A stretch of DNA of 64,000 nt, from the NCBI GenBank assembly GCA_963732445.1, contig CAVSZJ010000008.1, forward strand, positions 192,746 to 256,745, in the 5' to 3' direction. Every line of letters starts with the position of its first letter. The first letter of the stretch is position 1. The notes beneath the pieces were generated by a model. The model was not told where the DNA came from, searched no databases, and saw only the letters and a list, made by a program, of their open reading frames with translations. A program made the position numbers and the translations under genes. Below are positions 41,975-50,610 of the stretch, piece by piece. Origin of the DNA: Vicinamibacterales bacterium (GTDB lineage: Bacteria > Acidobacteriota > Vicinamibacteria > Vicinamibacterales > JAMQPK01).

Positions 41975-43675
41975 TTAGTAAAGAGTAAAGGCCCACAGCT
42001 GATCGCCGGTGCCGACGAGCAGATACTGCTTCCCGTCGATGGCATAGGTCTGTGGCGCGTTGCTGATGTTGCCGATGCGCGTATGCCAGAGCGGCTTGCC
42101 GTCTTTGGCATCGTGAGCGATCAGATTGCCGCCGCCGTCGCCGCCGAAGAGCAATCCACCTGCGGTCGTGAGGAACCCGATGCCGCCGCCGCCGCTGTTC
42201 GCATACCTGCGGCGCCAGGCAACCTTACCCGTCGCAGGCTCGATGGCCGTCAGGAACTTCCCCGTCGACCCGACCTCGACGCGCAGCTTGCCGCCGAGTC
42301 CCATCGATCCGCGCGGATCGGGATCGGTGAGATACAGCATGTTGAATGAGTTGGCTTCCTGCGTGTAGACGAGGCCCGTGTCGGGTGAATAGGCGGCAGG
42401 CTGCCAGTTCGTCGTCCCGCCCTCTACCGGGGATACAAGCGCGCCGGGGACAATCGCATCCTTCTCCGGCGCCGGCCACGGCGCGTTCGTCTTGTTCAGC
42501 CCGCCCGCCCAGTTCGTATGCGTGCCGTATTTCGTCGTCACGATGTGCTCGCCTGTGACGCGATCGACTGTAAAGAAATACCCATTGCGCGCGGCGACCG
42601 ACACGAGCTTGCGCGGCTTGCCGTTGATGGTCGTGTCGATGAGCATCGGGTTCTGAACCGTGTCCCAATCGTGTGTGTCGTGCGGCGACATCTGGTAGTG
42701 CCACGCCATCTTTCCGGTGTCGACATTGAGGGCGACCAGCGAGCACGTGTACAGGTTGTCTCCCGGACGCCCGACGCCGGTGTATGCGGGGCTTGGATTG
42801 CCGGTCCCGAAGATGTACAGCCGAGTTTCGGGATCGTACGAGCCGGGCATCCACGTGTGACCGCCGCCGTACTTCGCCGCCTCGAGATTGGGCCACGTTT
42901 CCAGCCCAGGGTCCCCCTCTTTCATCGGCACGGTGTAGAACTTCCACTGCAGCTTTCCCGTTTCCGGGTCGATGGCCTGCAAAAATCCCGGGCCGTCGAG
43001 GTCGTTGCCTGTGCCGACGATGACGTGGTTGTCGACGACAATCGGCGCCGGCGTGGAGAAATACTGCTCATCGAAATCGGCAATCTCGACGTGCCAGTTT
43101 TCCTTGCCGGTTCTCGCATCGAGCGAGACCAGGTAGTTGTCGGGGGTCTCGAAGAGCAGAGAGTTGTACCAGATGGCCGCGCCGCGATTGCCGATATGGG
43201 TCGCGCCGCGCGTTTTCCAGAAGTAGTGCCAGATTTCGCGGCCGTCGAGCGCGTCGAGCGCCCAGACATTGTCCGGGGCGGTGACGTACAGAATGCCGCC
43301 GACCTGCAGCACGGCGCCCTTGATGGTGCCGCCGGTGAACTCGCGTGTGCCGACGCCTCCGATGATCGTCGGCGGAACACCGCCTCGCGCGCCGGTCAGC
43401 ACGGGCGTCATCCACGCAAGCGTGAGGTTCTTCACGTTCGTCGTGTTGATTTGCTTCAGGGTGCTGTACCGTCGGCTGGTGTAGTCTCCGGCAAAAGTCG
43501 CCCACTCATCCGCAAGGGGCTTTATCAACGCCGCAGGATCGACGATGACGTTCCGGGTTCCGGTTCCGGTTCCGGTTCCGGTTCCAGTTCCGGTTCGCGG
43601 TGCCGGGTTCTGCGCAGTCAGGATCGCGGGCGCTGTCAGCAGCGACGCGGCGACAAGAATTTTTGTCAAGTTCAT
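41975..43675 (-). CDS. PQQ-dependent dehydrogenase (quinoprotein), secreted
   Basis: Uninterrupted 566 aa; signal MNLTKILVAASLLTAPAILTAQ; (TG)6 linker; RRYSTLKQINTTNVKNLTLAW; propeller W-motifs. Confidence 0.9.
   Translation of the reverse strand: MNLTKILVAASLLTAPAILTAQNPAPRTGTGTGTGTGTGTRNVIVDPAALIKPLADEWATFAGDYTSRRYSTLKQINTTNVKNLTLAWMTPVLTGARGGVPPTIIGGVGTREFTGGTIKGAVLQVGGILYVTAPDNVWALDALDGREIWHYFWKTRGATHIGNRGAAIWYNSLLFETPDNYLVSLDARTGKENWHVEIADFDEQYFSTPAPIVVDNHVIVGTGNDLDGPGFLQAIDPETGKLQWKFYTVPMKEGDPGLETWPNLEAAKYGGGHTWMPGSYDPETRLYIFGTGNPSPAYTGVGRPGDNLYTCSLVALNVDTGKMAWHYQMSPHDTHDWDTVQNPMLIDTTINGKPRKLVSVAARNGYFFTVDRVTGEHIVTTKYGTHTNWAGGLNKTNAPWPAPEKDAIVPGALVSPVEGGTTNWQPAAYSPDTGLVYTQEANSFNMLYLTDPDPRGSMGLGGKLRVEVGSTGKFLTAIEPATGKVAWRRRYANSGGGGIGFLTTAGGLLFGGDGGGNLIAHDAKDGKPLWHTRIGNISNAPQTYAIDGKQYLLVGTGDQLWAFTLY
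43555..43597. repeat. (GGTTCC)n hexamer tract inside the PQQ-DH coding sequence (encodes TGTGTGTGTGTGT)
   Basis: Read directly. Same unit as the intergenic tract at 50.4-50.56 kb. Confidence 0.85.
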
Positions 43676-44535
43676 TTCACACCCGTCAGGTATGCGGTCA
43701 CGTCGTGAATGTCTTTGTCGGTATAGATCGGCAACAGATTCCTGTGGCCTTCGAGCGGATCGCGCACGTCGACTTTGGGAACGTCACCGTTCCGCCGGAA
43801 CGATCGCGGCGTGCCGTCAGCCTGCGTCAACGTCACCATGAAGTCGTCGATGCGCTCGAGACGGCCTTCGTACTTCTGTCCCGCCGGCAGCGTCACGACA
43901 ACCCTGGTTTCGCGGCGCGTGGTCATCGGCGGCGCCTGCGGCGCACCACCGCCTCCGCGCCCGCCGCGGCCTCCACCGCGTCCTCCGGCCACCCAGAGAT
44001 TCTGGAGCTGAGCCGGTCCGAGATCTCGCGCGCCGATACCTTTCAGATCGTCCGTCACGGAGTGGCAGCTTGCGCACCTGGCGGCGAAGTATCGCTCTCC
44101 GGCAGCGGCGTCGCCGACCAGCACCTTCAGCTCGACCGGGCTGCCGGGCAGTGGTGGCGCCCCTTGTCCGGGCGACAGCGCGAGGATGCTGTGAATGAAG
44201 GCGGCGAGCGCTTTCATATCGTCGCCGCCGAGTCCAGCCGCGGGGAGGCGCCCTTTGTGAGAGGTCTGCAGGACCTGCTGTATCGACTCACCCTCGCGAT
44301 CGTTCAACACGGATGTGCTGCGCAGCAGATTTGATCCACCTTGCTCGCCGCCACGAAGGTCGGCGCCATGGCAGCTGCGGCAATCAGTATCGTAAATCGC
44401 GCGGCCGCGTGCCACGACAGCGGGGTCGGCCGGATCGCGCTGTTGCGGTGGAAAGCTCGACACCCCGCCGCGCCCTTGTCCGAAGACCGCGATTGACCAC
44501 AGCGACACCGCCGCAATGACAACCAGTTTTCTCAT
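43672..44535 (-). CDS. dihaem c-type cytochrome (secreted)
   Basis: CRSCH and CASCH motifs; signal MRKLVVIAAVSLWSIAVFG. ATGA overlaps with both neighbours. Confidence 0.8.
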   Translation of the reverse strand: MRKLVVIAAVSLWSIAVFGQGRGGVSSFPPQQRDPADPAVVARGRAIYDTDCRSCHGADLRGGEQGGSNLLRSTSVLNDREGESIQQVLQTSHKGRLPAAGLGGDDMKALAAFIHSILALSPGQGAPPLPGSPVELKVLVGDAAAGERYFAARCASCHSVTDDLKGIGARDLGPAQLQNLWVAGGRGGGRGGRGGGGAPQAPPMTTRRETRVVVTLPAGQKYEGRLERIDDFMVTLTQADGTPRSFRRNGDVPKVDVRDPLEGHRNLLPIYTDKDIHDVTAYLTGVK

Positions 44536-45497
44536 GTCCACCACGCCTCTACGGGAGGTTCGGTCAGCATTGCCCTCGACAGCACGTCGACGGCGGCTTT
44601 CAGTCCTTCATCGATCGAGGCAAGAGCGTCCTCGTGCTCGATGCTCATGACGTAATCGTAGCCCGCCAGGCGCAGCGCGCTGACAATCCTTTTCCATTCG
44701 AATTCGTCGTGCCCGAATCCGACGCTGCGAAAGAGCCACGACCGCTCGGGCATGCGTCGATAGGTTTTCGTATCGATCACGCCGTTGATCGCGACGTTGT
44801 GCCGGTCGAGATAGACGTCCTTGGCGTGCACGTGGAAGATCGCCGGCCCCAGCGCTCGAATCGCCGCGGGCACGTCGACCCCCTGCCAGAAAAAATGGCT
44901 GGGATCGAAATTGACGCCGAGGTTCTCGCCGCACGCGCTCCGTAATTTGAGCGCGCTTTCGACGTTATAGACGATGAACCCCGGGTGTGCCTCCAGCGCA
45001 ACCTTCACGCCGTGTTCCCGCGCGAATGCCGCCGTCTTCGTCCAGTACGGGATCGCTTTTTTCTCCCACTGCCACTCGAGCACCTCGAGGAACTCCGGGG
45101 GCCATGGGGTGGTCACCCAGTTCGGATGCGTTGCCGTGTCCGAATCCCCGGGACACCCTGAGAACGTGACCACAACGGGTACTTCGAGCCGCTCAGCCAG
45201 TTGAACAGTCTTTCGGAACACCTCATCGTCCGCCTTCGCTCGAGCTGCGTTCGGATGAAGCGGATCGCCATGACAGGAGAGCGCGCTGATCGTCAACCCG
45301 GCATCAAGAATCATTTTGCGAAAATCAGCGGCGCGGGCTTTGTCCTTCAGGCAGGTATCCACATCGACGTGATCGCTGCCGGGCCATGCGCCCGTGCCAA
45401 GCTCGATAGCCGTGACTTTCTCGAGCGACCGCACTTTCGCCAGCATGTCTTTCGCGCCGAGCTTCGCAAAGACAGGCGTAAACAACCCCAGCTTCAT
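44532..45497 (-). CDS. sugar phosphate isomerase/epimerase (xylose isomerase-like TIM barrel)
   Basis: Uninterrupted 321 aa; LSCHGDPLHP, VVVTFSG, LEAHPGFIVY, FHVHAKD, MSIEHED. Confidence 0.85.
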   Translation of the reverse strand: MKLGLFTPVFAKLGAKDMLAKVRSLEKVTAIELGTGAWPGSDHVDVDTCLKDKARAADFRKMILDAGLTISALSCHGDPLHPNAARAKADDEVFRKTVQLAERLEVPVVVTFSGCPGDSDTATHPNWVTTPWPPEFLEVLEWQWEKKAIPYWTKTAAFAREHGVKVALEAHPGFIVYNVESALKLRSACGENLGVNFDPSHFFWQGVDVPAAIRALGPAIFHVHAKDVYLDRHNVAINGVIDTKTYRRMPERSWLFRSVGFGHDEFEWKRIVSALRLAGYDYVMSIEHEDALASIDEGLKAAVDVLSRAMLTEPPVEAWWT

Positions 45498-45506
45498 CGT
45501 CGCCTC

Positions 45507-46679
45507 TCAATACCGGACGCCGGTCCACACGCCGCCGTCGCTGTGACTCTTCAGAATAGCGTCGACGATACACGCGGCGCGGAACCCGTCATCGAACGTC
45601 GCAAACGCCGGAGGCTTCGCTTCGTCGACTCTCCTGCCGCTGGCAATGAAGCCGTAAATGTCCCGCATCACGTTGCAGAACGCATCGGCCCACGACTCCT
45701 GATGGCCGCCGGGCAGATGCGCGTACCGCCGCGCGCCCTCGTGAAGCAGCGCAGGATCCTTCGGCAGCACGCTATTCGCCTCATCGCGCCGGCCGATCCA
45801 CAGCTCATTCTGCTGTTCCTGCCGCCAGCGGATCGAGGCGGTCCCGCCGTTCACCTCGAACCAGAGATCGTTCTTGTGGCCGGCGCACACCTGCCCCACA
45901 CAGACGGACCCGCGCGCGCCTCCCTCGAACCGTACGAGCACCGAGGCAAGGTCTTCGCTCTGCACGCGGAACTCTTCACCTCGGGCCTGCCCGCCGGAGG
46001 CTTCGCGATCGGCAAACGCTTCCCTGTTCTTCGGCGGCTTGAACCTCGTGGCGACCACGGTGTTGAGATCTGCGAGCACCGATTCGATCCGGCGGCCGAC
46101 GACATGCTGGACGAGATCGCACCAATGCGATCCGATATCGCCGATTGCCGAGCTCTTGCCCCCCTTCTCCGGCTCCAGGCGCCAGGAGAAGTCGGTGGGC
46201 TGCAGCAGCCAGTCCTGCAAGTACGCGCCGTGGACGAAATGCGGCTCGCCGATCGCGCCGTCGTGGATCATCTCGCGGGCCTGCTGCACGAGGGGATTGC
46301 CGCGATAGTTGAACGTGACGGCATGTACTACGCCGGCCTCGCGCGCCGCGTTGACAAGCGCGCGCGCGTCATCCGTGTTCAGGGCGAGCGGCTTGTCCGA
46401 CACCACGTGCTTGCGGTGTGAGAGCGCGGCCATGATGACGGGCACGTGCAGGTTGTTCGGGGTGGTGTTGTGGACGACGTGTATGTCGGGATCGGCGGCC
46501 AACGCCTCATAGCTGCCGTACGCCTTCGGCACACCCAGGGCATCGGCCTTGGCGCGAGCCGAGCGATCGGAGCTCGCGGCCACCGCTACGACATCGACGA
46601 ACCCGAGACGCCGCACCGCATCGATGTGGTGCGTCCCGACAAACCCGGGGCCCACAAGGCCCATCCCGATCCGGCGCAT
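45507..46679 (-). CDS. Gfo/Idh/MocA family oxidoreductase (alternative TTG start at 46724)
   Basis: MRRIGMGLVGPGFVGTHHIDA, HVVSDKPLAL, VTFNYRGNP. Confidence 0.85.
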   Translation of the reverse strand: MRRIGMGLVGPGFVGTHHIDAVRRLGFVDVVAVAASSDRSARAKADALGVPKAYGSYEALAADPDIHVVHNTTPNNLHVPVIMAALSHRKHVVSDKPLALNTDDARALVNAAREAGVVHAVTFNYRGNPLVQQAREMIHDGAIGEPHFVHGAYLQDWLLQPTDFSWRLEPEKGGKSSAIGDIGSHWCDLVQHVVGRRIESVLADLNTVVATRFKPPKNREAFADREASGGQARGEEFRVQSEDLASVLVRFEGGARGSVCVGQVCAGHKNDLWFEVNGGTASIRWRQEQQNELWIGRRDEANSVLPKDPALLHEGARRYAHLPGGHQESWADAFCNVMRDIYGFIASGRRVDEAKPPAFATFDDGFRAACIVDAILKSHSDGGVWTGVRY

Positions 46680-46720
46680 TTTTGATCCGGCGGCCTCAAA
46701 GCCCCCGACGGCGGCGTCGC

Positions 46721-47587
46721 TCAACCAAGTGCCGCCCGCATGTAGGCGAGGCCCTTCTTCATCTCGTCGACCGGCGTGCCCGCGCCCTTGTACTCATACT
46801 CGAGATACGCGATGATCGGCCACTTGCCCTGCTTCAACACCTGCAGCACTTCCTTCATCGGCGTGTCGCCTTCGCCCCACTCCACGTTCGGCCCCTGATC
46901 GCGACGCCGGTCCTTGATGTGCAGGTTCATGATGTTCGCGTGGTGCTCGCGAAGGTACGCGACGGCGTCGAAATTCGCGGCCGTGAAGTGGCCGATGTCG
47001 AGATTGATCTTGAAGTACTTCGACAGCGCCATCGCGGTGGCGAAGCTCTCGGGTGTCGCGAACTGGTTCGGATCTTTGACGTCCGAATGGTTATGCATCG
47101 CAACGATCATCTTGTGCTTCTCGGCGAAGGGGACGACGCGCTTCGCCGTCGACAAGGTGCTCGACGCAGTGATGAACCCTGCACCAAGCGCCCGCGCAAT
47201 CTCGAAGCCGCGATCGATCTCCGGCTCGGTGAAGCTGTCGTTGAAGCTGTAGTTATAGGCGCGTATGGCAATCTTCGCGGCGTCGAATTTTTTGCGGATG
47301 GCGGTGAAGTGATCCAGCGGGGTATCGATGCGCCACGCACGGAGCTCTTCGCGCGCCACCTTGGCCGGTTCCAGCATCGGCGACCATAGCTCGCAATCGC
47401 GCAGTCCGCATTCGGTGAACGCCTGGATGATCACGTCGGACATGTCGCCGCCCGCTGGTCTCGGGAGCTGGCGGAAGCTGTAGGTCTGCGCTCCAAGCGT
47501 CACGCCCGCGACGGTCGTCTGCGCCAGCAACTTCGGCCATGCCAGGGTCGAGAGCGCCATTGTAGTGAACTCACGCCGGGTCAACAT
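46721..47587 (-). CDS. sugar phosphate isomerase/epimerase TIM-barrel protein with twin-arginine-like signal
   Basis: MLTRREFTTMALSTLAWPKLLAQ; VAMHNHSD; NLDIGHF; LHIKDRR. Confidence 0.8.
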   Translation of the reverse strand: MLTRREFTTMALSTLAWPKLLAQTTVAGVTLGAQTYSFRQLPRPAGGDMSDVIIQAFTECGLRDCELWSPMLEPAKVAREELRAWRIDTPLDHFTAIRKKFDAAKIAIRAYNYSFNDSFTEPEIDRGFEIARALGAGFITASSTLSTAKRVVPFAEKHKMIVAMHNHSDVKDPNQFATPESFATAMALSKYFKINLDIGHFTAANFDAVAYLREHHANIMNLHIKDRRRDQGPNVEWGEGDTPMKEVLQVLKQGKWPIIAYLEYEYKGAGTPVDEMKKGLAYMRAALG

Positions 47588-47646
47588 AGATTCCCCTCCG
47601 TCTGGACGTCTGTAAGTGCTTTTGTATCACAAAGGCGATGATGATG

Positions 47647-47795
47647 GTCAGTCGGTAGTCGACAGTCGCTAGTCGACAGTCGCTAGTCGACAGTCGACAG
47701 TCGACAGTCGACAGTCGGCAGTCTCAGTCTTCAGTCATCAGTGGACTCAAGACTGCCGACTGAGACTACTGACTGACGACTGCCGACTGCCGACT
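47647..47795. repeat. long imperfect hairpin: (CAGTCGA/CAGTCGC)n heptamer arm, then complementary (GACTGCC/GACTGA)n arm
   Basis: Read directly. The right arm overlaps the last 10 codons of the PIG-L gene and is followed by TTTTCAG. Confidence 0.85.
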
Positions 47796-49175
47796 TTTCA
47801 GAAACCCTTGAATCATTCGCCCAAAACTCTCCCTGTCATACACGAAGAACAGCTCGTTCGAGCGCGGGCCCCGGCGCAGGTACGTGATGTCGGGTTCCGG
47901 TCCCGGCTTCTCAGGCGCCATCGCGCGCGCATCGTCTCTCGCGAGCTGATACTGGCGCGTCGGCGACATGCGCAAGTCGTGCATCGATTCGAGCGCAAAC
48001 AGCTTCAGCCGTTGCAGGGCGGGCGACACGGGATGTGAGTACACGCGATCGAGCTGCACGTCCCCGGGAGGCGGGGGCGGCAGCGACAGCAGCGTGCCCG
48101 CCGGCCCGTACGGATAGCGGTTGCGATCCGCATGATTCGTGTAGAGAAGCAGCGTGACCGGCCTGTTCCACCGGCCGAGCGCCTCGGCGAGTGCCACGGT
48201 CGTGAACTGGTGATCCCGGTGCGTGTCGAGCTGGGGATGCGGCGCAACGATAACGGCCGGTCTCACCTTCTTCAGCAGCGTCGCCATATCGTCGACGAGA
48301 TTTCTCCACGTCGACTCGCGCGGCCGCAGCGGCAGCAGCGACCCGATATTTTCCCTGCGATACACGTTGATATCGGCGTTCGGGCGGTACATCTCGGGAA
48401 TCACGGCATCGGGCCTGGCGTGCATGTCGGCAAGCCGCGCGTCGAAGTACCCCATGTTGAAGGCGCGCTCGGGCGGAATGCCTCCCTGCCATGGGATCGT
48501 GATGCTGTCGATGACGCGAATGCGCCCCTTGAACAGATAGAGATCCCCCGCATCGTCGAAGACGGCCTCGTAGGTCGGCGAACCCGCATTGCCGGCGGTC
48601 ACGGTGACGACGCTCGCGTGTCGATTGGCGTACAACCCGAATGCCGCGATCTCCGCGTCGTCGGGATGCGGGGCAAGAACAAGCACCGTCTTCGAGAGAT
48701 CGAAGCCGCCGTCGAACAGGCGCAGCCGGGCGGCAGGACTCGCGAACGTGACCCCTTCACCGCGCAACGAGATACGGGTGCCGACCATTGCACGCCTCAG
48801 AAACGTCACGTTCAGCCAGCGCTCGCCTGAATCCCCTGATGGAAAATACTGCCGATCAGACATACCGCCTGCCGCGATGTCCACATAGGGAGCCGCGACA
48901 GCCGCGTCGGTGTTGATCTGCACGCCGAGGAGCGCCGTATCCCAGCGGGCATCGACCAATTCGGGCCAGGCGATGCCTGGAATACCGTCGATGTCAGCGA
49001 CGATCACGTCAACGACTCGACTGCGCGCGTCGTGAAACGAGAAGGTTCCCGGTTGGGGCGCGGCTTGAGCCTGGGTTGCGTAGGTGGCGTGGGGATCGTG
49101 GGGTGTGTGGGTCGCGTAGGTCGCGAGGGGAAGAACGCAGAGACTTGCGAAAAACGCGAAGACTCGTCGCATCAT
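47766..49175 (-). CDS. PIG-L/LmbE family deacetylase with signal peptide and N-terminal extra domain
   Basis: MMRRVFAFFASLCVLPLA; LVLAPHPDDAEIA (PIG-L motif); VIVAPHPQLDTHRDH. Confidence 0.75.
   Translation of the reverse strand: MMRRVFAFFASLCVLPLATYATHTPHDPHATYATQAQAAPQPGTFSFHDARSRVVDVIVADIDGIPGIAWPELVDARWDTALLGVQINTDAAVAAPYVDIAAGGMSDRQYFPSGDSGERWLNVTFLRRAMVGTRISLRGEGVTFASPAARLRLFDGGFDLSKTVLVLAPHPDDAEIAAFGLYANRHASVVTVTAGNAGSPTYEAVFDDAGDLYLFKGRIRVIDSITIPWQGGIPPERAFNMGYFDARLADMHARPDAVIPEMYRPNADINVYRRENIGSLLPLRPRESTWRNLVDDMATLLKKVRPAVIVAPHPQLDTHRDHQFTTVALAEALGRWNRPVTLLLYTNHADRNRYPYGPAGTLLSLPPPPPGDVQLDRVYSHPVSPALQRLKLFALESMHDLRMSPTRQYQLARDDARAMAPEKPGPEPDITYLRRGPRSNELFFVYDRESFGRMIQGFLKSRQSAVVSQ
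49077..49131. repeat. CGTGGGG/CGTAGGT simple repeat inside the PIG-L 5' coding region (encodes ATYATHTPHDPHATYATQ)
   Basis: TTGCGTAGGTGGCGTGGGGATCGTGGGGTGTGTGGGTCGCGTAGGTCGCGAGGGG. Same family as 35.0 and 41.9 kb. Confidence 0.8.
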
Positions 49176-50368
49176 CGCGCGGTCTCGGCCTTCTCGGTCG
49201 ATCGGAAGAAAAGCGCGAACAACACCAGGACGACGAAGGCCATCGCCGCGGGTACGAGCCAGATGCTTTGCCAATCGTGCGCTCCGCCCGGCAGCGCGTA
49301 CGCGTCGACCACGCGCCCAGACAACCATGAGCCGATCAACATGCCCACACCGTAGGTGACGAATGTGATGAAGCCCTGCGCCGCCGCACGCACGTGAGCC
49401 GGCGCTTTCTGATCCACGTAGATCTGCCCCGTGACGAAGAAGAAGTCGTAGCAAATTCCGTGGAGCAGAATGCCGAAGTACAGCATCCAGACGAGCGCGT
49501 CGTTATTGCCATAGGCGAAAAGGATGTAGCGCGCCACCCACGCAGCCATGCCGACCAGCAGCATCTGCTTGACGCCGAGGCGTCGAAAGAACCATGGCAT
49601 CAGGAGCATGAACACGAGCTCCGACATCTGGCCCATGGTCATCTTGCCGGCAGCGTTCGTGACGCCGATGGCGTTCAGAAATGGATTGGCGAACGCGTAA
49701 TAGAACTGCAGCGGGATACAGACGAGAAAGGAGCCGATGACGAACACCGCAAACGATCGATCCTTCATCAGCTGCAGCGCGTCGAGCCCGAGCACCTCGC
49801 GCACCCGCACGCGGCCGGTCGCCTGCGGAGGTGTGTGCGGAAGCAGCAGGCAGAACACCGCGAGCGCGATCGATCCCGCCGCCGCGAGCTGCATCGGCCG
49901 TCCCGTCGCCTCCACGCCCAGCGTACCGACGAAGAGGCCCGCCACAATCCACCCGATCGTGCCAAGCACGCGCACCGGCGGAAACTCACGACCGGGATCC
50001 CGCATCTGCCGGAACGACAGCGAATTGGTGAGCGCGAGCGTCGGCATGTAGAACAGCGTGTGCACGAGCACTGCGATGTACAGCGGCCAGAACGCGGTCT
50101 GGGTCGACGCGTAGAACAGAGCCACGGCTCCGCCGAGATGGAGCACGGCGAGCAGCCGCTGTGTCGCAAAAAACCGATCGGCGATCATCCCGACGAAGAA
50201 CGGCGAAATCATCGCGGCCAGCGCCGTCGTCCCGTACGTCAGCCCGATCTGCTCGCCCGAAAAGCCGAGCGATCCCAGCCAGGTTCCCATCGTGACGTAC
50301 CATGCGCCCCAGACGAAGTACTCGAGGAACATCATCACGGACAACTTGAGGCGGACGACTAATGGCAT
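49172..50368 (-). CDS. MFS transporter, nucleoside:H+ symporter-like
   Basis: Uninterrupted 398 aa; KLSVMMFLEYFVWGAWYVTMGTWL, 12 hydrophobic segments. ATGA overlap with the PIG-L start. Confidence 0.8.
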   Translation of the reverse strand: MPLVVRLKLSVMMFLEYFVWGAWYVTMGTWLGSLGFSGEQIGLTYGTTALAAMISPFFVGMIADRFFATQRLLAVLHLGGAVALFYASTQTAFWPLYIAVLVHTLFYMPTLALTNSLSFRQMRDPGREFPPVRVLGTIGWIVAGLFVGTLGVEATGRPMQLAAAGSIALAVFCLLLPHTPPQATGRVRVREVLGLDALQLMKDRSFAVFVIGSFLVCIPLQFYYAFANPFLNAIGVTNAAGKMTMGQMSELVFMLLMPWFFRRLGVKQMLLVGMAAWVARYILFAYGNNDALVWMLYFGILLHGICYDFFFVTGQIYVDQKAPAHVRAAAQGFITFVTYGVGMLIGSWLSGRVVDAYALPGGAHDWQSIWLVPAAMAFVVLVLFALFFRSTEKAETAR

Positions 50369-50391
50369 GCGGGGGATTCTAAAGCGGATCT

Positions 50392-50563
50392 GGGGTTCCG
50401 GTTCCAGTGAGCCTTCCCAAAAACTTCGATCCTCGAAATCAGAAGGCGAGGGAACGCCGGCCCCGGGAACCTCAAGAACCCGGAAGCTGAACTGGAACTG
50501 GAATTGGAACTGGAACTGGAACTGGAACTGGAACCGGAACCCGGAACCCGGAACCCGGAACCC
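50392..50563. repeat. GGTTCCGGTTCCAGT ... (ACTGGA)8 (CCGGAAC)4: hexamer/heptamer microsatellites forming inverted arms in a divergent promoter spacer
   Basis: Read directly between the MFS start (50368) and the lipocalin-like gene start (50611). Confidence 0.85.
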
Positions 50564-50610
50564 CCTATGCTAAGCTTTCCGCCACCTTTCAGCTGCTCAG
50601 GAGGCTTCGA

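Noticed and set aside
47647-47795. CRISPR array? (also considered for 58058..58205, 50482..50563 and 35021..35112)
   Set aside because: The units are 6-24 nt with no unique spacers of 25-40 nt between them. These are microsatellites and REPs. No cas genes are present in the window.
50292-50573. 93-aa ORF containing NWNWNWNWNWNWNWN
   Set aside because: This is a translation of the ACTGGA hexamer tract in a promoter spacer. It has no SD and no coding features.
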